This document shows, piece by piece, positions 57,785-64,000 of a DNA stretch of 64,000 nucleotides. A program made the position numbers and the translations under genes. The DNA is taken from the NCBI RefSeq assembly GCF_004010195.1, contig NC_057728.1, positions 51,945,459 through 52,009,458 of the forward strand. The letters run 5' to 3'. The stretch's first letter is position 1; each line of letters opens with the position of its first letter. Under the pieces are notes generated by a model that worked only from the letters and a program-made list of their open reading frames with translations, made no database searches and was not told the DNA's origin. Origin of the DNA: Chiloscyllium plagiosum (Eukaryota).

Positions 57785-58055
57785 TTATGGACGTAGATTT
57801 GCTTGCTGAGCTGAAAGATTCATTTCCAGACGTTTCGTTACCTTTCTAGGTAACATCTTCAGTGGACCTCATGTGAAGCAATGCTGAAAACTCCTGCTTT
57901 CTATTTATATGTTTGGGTTTTGTTGGATTGGTGGTGTCATTTCCTGTGAAGTCACTTCCTGTTCTTTTTCCCAGGGGGTGGTAGATGGAATTTAACTCGA
58001 TGTGTTTGTTGACAGAGTTCCGGTTGGAATGCCATGCTTCTAGAAATTCTCGTGA
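57785..58055 (-). mobile_element. PLE 3' end and terminal repeat
   Basis: REFLEAWHS..NKHIEL C-terminal peptide followed by a hammerhead. Confidence 0.8.
57825..57866 (-). ncRNA. Minimal hammerhead ribozyme motif on the POLR3B sense strand
   Basis: TCCA-CTGAAGA-T-GTTACC tagaaa GGTAAC-GAAA-CGTC^TGGA. Confidence 0.8.
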
Positions 58056-58249
58056 CACGTGAGAAGTGGATGGTGCCAACACTCACATTTGGATAAAACT
58101 CGAGATGATAATATAAGGGGAAAAGCTGCCAGGAGCCCTGGCCAGATTTGTTCTGCAGTATATGTGCTCAGCTCTGTATACCTACTTTTGTGGCCCCTGT
58201 ATTTACATGGTAAATCCAATTGAGTTTTCAGTCATAGTTGGACTTCGCG

Positions 58250-59660
58250 TGGCCTTAGCTCCACATATCTGCTATCTCACCATCACTCTTGATTCCTTTA
58301 CTGTGCACTAAATTATCTGTCTGAGCTTTAAAAACGTTCAATGAGGAAGCCTCAACCATTTCACTAGACAGGGAATTCCATAGATTCACAATCCTCTAGG
58401 TTAGTTCCTTCTCAATTCAGTCCTAAATCTGCTCCCGCCAATTTTGAGACTATGCCCTGTTATTCTAGTCTCACCAGAAGGTGGAAACATCCTCTCTATT
58501 TGTACCTTACATATTCCCCGAATAATTTTATATATTTCTACAAGATCCCCCTCAGTCTTCTAAATTCCAATGAATATAATCCCAGTCTACTCAGTCTCCC
58601 CTCATAAACCAAACCCCTCAACTCCAGAATCAACCTCCTCTGCACTCCTTTTAATGCCAGTACATCCTTTCTCAAGTAAGGAAACCAAAACTGCACTGAG
58701 TACTCCAGGTGTGACCTTGCATTACCCTATACAGCGATAATATAACCTTTCTGCTTTTAAACTCAATCCCTTTAGCAATGAAGGACAAAATTCCATTTGC
58801 CTTGCTTAATTACCTGTTACACCTGCAGACCAACATTGTGATTCCTGCACAAGGACACCCAGGTCTCTCTGCATAACAACACACTGCAACTTCTGACCAT
58901 TCAAGTAATAGTCTTTTTACTGCTATTTCTACCAAAATGGATGACTTCACATTTATTAACATTGTATTCCATGTGAAAGACCTTTGCCCACTCACTTAAA
59001 CTATGTCCTTTTGCAAATTTTCTCAGTCGTCTACACACTTTGGTCTACCACTCACCTTAATCATTTGCAAACTTTGACACACTACACATGGTCCCCAACT
59101 CCAAATCATCTATGTAAATTGTGAATAATTGTGATCCCAACACTGATCCCTGAGGTACACTACTAATTACTGTCAAAAATGTGTGGCACTGGAAAGGCAC
59201 AGGTCAGACAGCATCTGGAGGAGCAGGAGTCAACATTTTGGGCATAAGCCCTTCATCAGTCCTCTCCTGCTCCTTGGATGCTGCTGCTGTGCTTTTCCAG
59301 CGCCACACTCTTCAACTCCAACTCCCAAGCATCAGCAGTCCTCACCTCTCTTACACCACAGATTGCCAACCAGAATAGCACTCGTTTATTTTTAGTCTTT
59401 GCTTCCTGATGGTTAAGAAATCCTCTATCCATGCTAATACATTGCCCATAATGCCATGCACCTTTATCTTATGCAGCAGCCTTTTGTGTGGCACCTGGTC
59501 AAATGCCTTTTGGAAATCTAGATACACCACATGTACTTGTCCCCGTTGTCCACACAGTGTTCATAGCGTCTTCATAGAATTCCAGAAGATTAGTTAAGCA
59601 TGACCTGCCCTTCATGAACCCATGCTGTGTCTACCCAACAGGACAATTTCTATCAAGATC
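58250..59660 (-). mobile_element. CR1 RT and 3' region interrupted by a mini foldback PLE element (~59177-59350)
   Basis: Minus-strand DFQKAFDQVPH and GVPQGSVLG motifs; CR1 tail. Confidence 0.85.
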
Positions 59661-60009
59661 CCACACAATGTAAACTAAAGTAAAAATCTGGAGATTCTCC
59701 ACTCCAAATGACTTTTGTTAAATTGGAGTTTAACGAGGTGGAAAGAATTTTGCTGCATTAGGGGATCAAAGATATGGAGGAAAGAGAGAGAAATGGAAGT
59801 TTAGATACAGATCCACTATGATCTGATGGATAACAGAACAGAATTGAGGGGTTGAATGCTTTCTTCCAAGTTGCGTATTTATAACATTTTATATCCAGGC
59901 ATCATTACCCTACACATGGACTTTTTAAAGTTAAAACGAAAAATATTTTCTGTGTGCAGAATTATTTTTATATAAAATCATTCCTGTAATTATAAGTTTC
60001 TAAACTTAC

Positions 60010-60108
60010 TTGTTGATCATATGCTCATAAAGTGCAATATAGCAATCATTTTCTTCATTGACATCAAGGTATTCCACTAATCCTTCATGCAGGAAGTCTT
60101 CAAAGGAC
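60010..60108 (-). CDS. POLR3B: POLR3B exon 18
   Basis: ccag|G...AA|gtaagt; [32 protein letters not shown]; 99 nt. Confidence 0.97.
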
Positions 60109-60659
60109 CTGGTCAGGAATCATAAAAATTAAACCAACCTTCACATTAATACACAAGAAAATGCTAAGGATGCTGGAAATCTGAAATGTTTCCTTTCATT
60201 GCTTGTTCCATTCCCAGTTTCTTTTGTCTGGCATCATCACTCCCTTTAGACATGTAACCTGCTTTTCACCTCACCCATTCCCTGACCTGCTGAGTTCTTC
60301 CAGGATTGTGTTCATTACAGCGGAGGTATCTTCAACCCCTAAACTGTATCTTTATTTCCTTAAATGCCGTTTATCCAACTCCTCCCTAATTTTTTAAATT
60401 AAATCAGCATTCGTAGCCTCAGACAGAAGGTTTTCAATATTTATCGACCAAGCAAGAAAGATCAGCAGGGGAAAGTCCAAAAAAAAAACCACTGAGCATG
60501 TGCAGTAACCATGATTAAAAAGAATGCACTTTATTCAGAGAACCTCATTATTTTTGAAACCATGCCAAAATGAAGTAGTACTATTAAAACACATCCTAAA
60601 TGCGGGAATACCTGCACATAACTAAAGGTTTTACGAAGCAAGTAAAATAAGTGGTTGTG

Positions 60660-61910
60660 TCAATCATGGCTCAGTTGGTAGTATACGCATTCATCTCTGA
60701 GTCACAAGATTTCAGACTGAATTCCCACCCAAGACTTGATGACACGAGAATGGTTCGTGTGCACAGTCCCAGAAATGAAAAGCTTAACATAAGGAACATT
60801 TGAGGACTCTAGGTCTATACTCAAAGTTCAGAAGGATGAGGGGAGGTCAAATCGAAACTTACAGAATACTGAATGGCCTGGACAGAGATGGTGGGAAGTC
60901 GTTTCCATTGGTAAGAGAGAATAGGACCAGAGGGCACAGCCTTACATTAAAGGGAAGACCTTTTAGAATGGTGATAAGTAGAAATTTCTTCAGCTAGAGA
61001 GTGGTGAATCTATGGAATTCACTGCCACAGAAGTCTGTGCAGGTCACTAAGTGTATTTAAGATGGAGATAGATAAGTTCTTGATTGTCAAGGGGATCAAG
61101 GGTTTTGGAGAGAAAGCGGGAGATTGGGATTCAGAAACATAATTAGCCCAAGATTGAATGGCGGAGCAGACTCAACAGGCTGAATGGCCTAATTTCTGCT
61201 CCTATGTCTTATGGACAAAAATTATAGCTGTTGCAGCAGCAGTATTGCAGTGCTGCACTGTTATACCTGCTGTCACATGAGACGTTAAACAGAGGCAGAA
61301 TCTGCTTTCAGGTGGGCAAGATAGATCCCATGGCAATTTTACAAAGTTGAGTTATTCCCAATGTCAATACTGATTCCTTAAATCAACGTCACACCTTAGA
61401 TTAGATTAGATTACTTAGTGTGGAAACAGGCCCTCGGCCCAACAAGTCCACAGTGACTCTCCAAAGAGCAACCCACCCAAATCCATTCGCCTACATTTAC
61501 CCCTTCACCTAACACTGCGGGCAATTTAGCATGGCCAATTCACCTAACCTACACATTTCTGGACTGTGGGAGGAAACCGGAGCACTCGGAGGAAACCCAC
61601 GCAGACACGGAGAATGTGCAAACTCCAGGCAGTTGCCTGAGATGGGAATTGAACCCGGGTCTCTGGCGCTATGAGACAGCAGTTCTAACCACTGGATTGT
61701 ATGATTATTTCCGCATTGTTGTTTGTTAAGAGTTTGCTGTAGCCAATCTGGCTGTCTTGTTTAGAGTCATAGAGCTGTACAGCATGGAAACAGACGCTTT
61801 AGTCCAACTCATCTATGCCTTATAACAATAACTACACTTCAAAGTACACTTAATTGTCTGTAAAATGCTTCATGTCTGGTTGTGACAGGTGCTATATAAA
61901 TGAAGAGTTT
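60660..61910 (+). mobile_element. Ancient SINE split by a CR1 3' fragment (~60745-61214), an HE1 SINE (61397-61694, minus) and a short CR1 tail (~61763-61820)
   Basis: tRNA-like head at 60665; body resumes after each insert. Confidence 0.6.
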
Positions 61911-61949
61911 TCTCTCAAAGGAAAAAGGCCAATGAGTTTCATCACTGGC

Positions 61950-62465
61950 CTTGGAGAAAGTACAATATAGGTTTACAAGAATGATACCCTGGATTCAAGG
62001 GTTATATGGACAGATTAAACAAATTAGGCCTGTTTTCTCCAGAATTTAGAGGGTTAATAGGCAATCTGATCAAAGTCTTCAAGATATTAACAGGAAATGA
62101 CAGGGTAGATAAAGATAACTGTTTTCTCTGGTTGGGGGATCCTAGAACTAAGGGCATAGTCTAAAACATTAAGGCCAGATCATTCAGGAGGGACGTTAGG
62201 AAGCACTTCTACACACAGAGGGTGGTAGAGGTTTGGAATTCTCTTCCACAAACAGCAGTCGAAGCTACATCAGTCATTAGCTTTAACGCTGAGACGGATA
62301 TATTTTTGTTAAGCAAAAGGTATGAAGTAGTATGGGCCAAAGACAGGGATATGGGCCAAAGGCAGGTATATGGAGTTAGGCCACAGATCAGCCACAATTT
62401 CAATGAATGGTAGAACAGGCTAGAGGGGCTGAATGGCCTACTCTTATTCCTAGGCTTTGTGTTCT
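61950..62465 (+). mobile_element. CR1 3' fragment
   Basis: HFYTQRVVEVWNSLPQ. Confidence 0.85.
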
Positions 62466-63753
62466 GTATCCCAAGGTCTCATTTATCCACACAAATGTTT
62501 CATTTTCCCCTCATCTGCACTTCTGTTTCTGAAGGTCGAAATTTATGTGTACCTGGACACACAAATCCACTGGGAATGTCACTCTTTGAGGTCTATTTCC
62601 ATTCTAATGGAGGAGCTTTTCTACACTTTGTGACAAATTGCAAATCAAAAGGCACATACTGCACAGCAGATTTTACAGCATTCAGTCAAACCCAACAAGG
62701 TTATTGAGTGCACACCTTTGTTAATTTTGCTGCTTTTCTCTGAGACACAAATGCTGTTTTGTTCTGGCAGCCTGTCCTTTGAATTCACCAACGGTTTAAA
62801 GAAAAACCACCAGTCTTAATGGTCACGCATGTTACAGTGTTAGTCCTCGCTGCTTCCATAGTAACAGGGAAAGCACACACATGAAATCTGTGGAATGAGT
62901 GATGCGTTCAGGTACAGGTACGACAACTTGCTTTGAAGGTGGCTAACATCCATGAAATTCTACCAAACTTCAACAGCCAAATGAACATCAAAGGAACGAA
63001 AAGAAGGGGATTAGTACCGAGCATTTCATTGATAGACCAGCTAGCTCAAAAGTTACGCAAAAAGGAAATGTTTATAAAATTCAATTGAATATTCAAGATT
63101 GCAGAGACATCCTGAAGACACAGAAATAATTCTTTTGGATTAAAAGTAATTGTGAGGCATAATTTTTAGCTCATGTTCCCTGTGGGCTGAGAACACATCA
63201 GCCATGATTGAATGGCAGAGCAAACTCAGTGGACGAATTGGCCTAAATCTGCTCCCATCTCTTATGGTCAGCATTTTACTGACTTGTTTTTTTTAAATCT
63301 GAGTAGTAAGGCTAGTGAAAACACTGGCAGGGATTTGGGACCTAATCCGGATTCATGATATAGGGAGCAAAATATTTCAGACTAAAACGAAGGCATCAAA
63401 CTGACCTGCTGTGATCTCCAGCATTTGTTGTTTTCATCAATATCAGTTTTCCTCATCTTGTGCCCTTCTACATGTCATGCACATTTAAAACAGTCAGCAG
63501 TTGGGCAATCAGCTGAAAACCACTCAACAGCTAGCTACTAGGCAGAAACTGGGCAGCAAAAAGAACAGGCCAGAAATTTGCTTGCTCTGTAAGGAAATTC
63601 TGATTCTCCACCTAACAGAATCACCCAGTGTCCTGGACTGACCCACTGTGGGATTGCAAGGGAAGGAATAAACTGCTACCACAGTGTACATTAAGCCACC
63701 TATTTCAACAAAAATAAAACACATTGATGTTCGTAAATTAATATTGAGGTCAC

Positions 63754-63828
63754 CTGTAGCCCTGAGATAGCTCTTCAATATGCTTATTTGTCACTGCTGG
63801 TTGTCTGTTCTTCACAATAATGTAGGGC
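63754..63828 (-). CDS. POLR3B: POLR3B exon 17 (gene continues beyond the right edge)
   Basis: ttag|G...AG|gtgacc; [24 protein letters not shown]; 75 nt; frame joins exon 18. Confidence 0.95.
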
Positions 63829-64000
63829 CTAAACAAAATTAAGCAAAGAATTTTTCATTAGAGCGGCAAATATTCTCTAGCTCAATCAATGACTTTTTCA
63901 GGGAAAAAGCATTTGGAGAACAAAACTAAATTATTCAAATTCTATTTTAAATCGTAATAATCAGGTAAAGCGCAAATCTTCATTTTTAGAGCACAAATGC

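Overview
Vertebrate genomic DNA, most likely a shark or other cartilaginous fish (inferred from HE1-type tRNA/CR1 SINEs, Deu/SacSINE-like SINEs and abundant CR1 and Penelope-like elements). Two genes lie in tandem on the minus strand. The first is the last 12 coding exons of POLR3B (second-largest RNA polymerase III subunit; numbered 17-28 by analogy to human; 63828 down to the stop at 16003), all GT-AG and splicing into one open 1621-nt frame. The second, about 15 kb downstream, is the 43-nt first coding exon of RFX4 (MHCELLEDSDMDST, 1030-988), which the ORF track misses. The remainder is intronic/intergenic and dominated by retroelements: a full-length decayed L1 with TSD, a near full-length CR1, many CR1 fragments, an RTE with an inverted duplication, SINEs, and many Penelope-like elements (PLEs) carrying minimal hammerhead ribozyme motifs with visible covariation between families. 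Other notable items are a C15orf48 (NMES1) processed pseudogene nested in the RTE, a ~100-bp copy of the probable POLR3B poly(A) region in the last intron, and repeat-free intronic blocks that may be RFX4 enhancers. I found no evidence of a wholly new gene system; the best leads are RNA-level or regulatory. Protein identifications rest on recalled human sequences and repeat family names on recognised motifs, not database searches.
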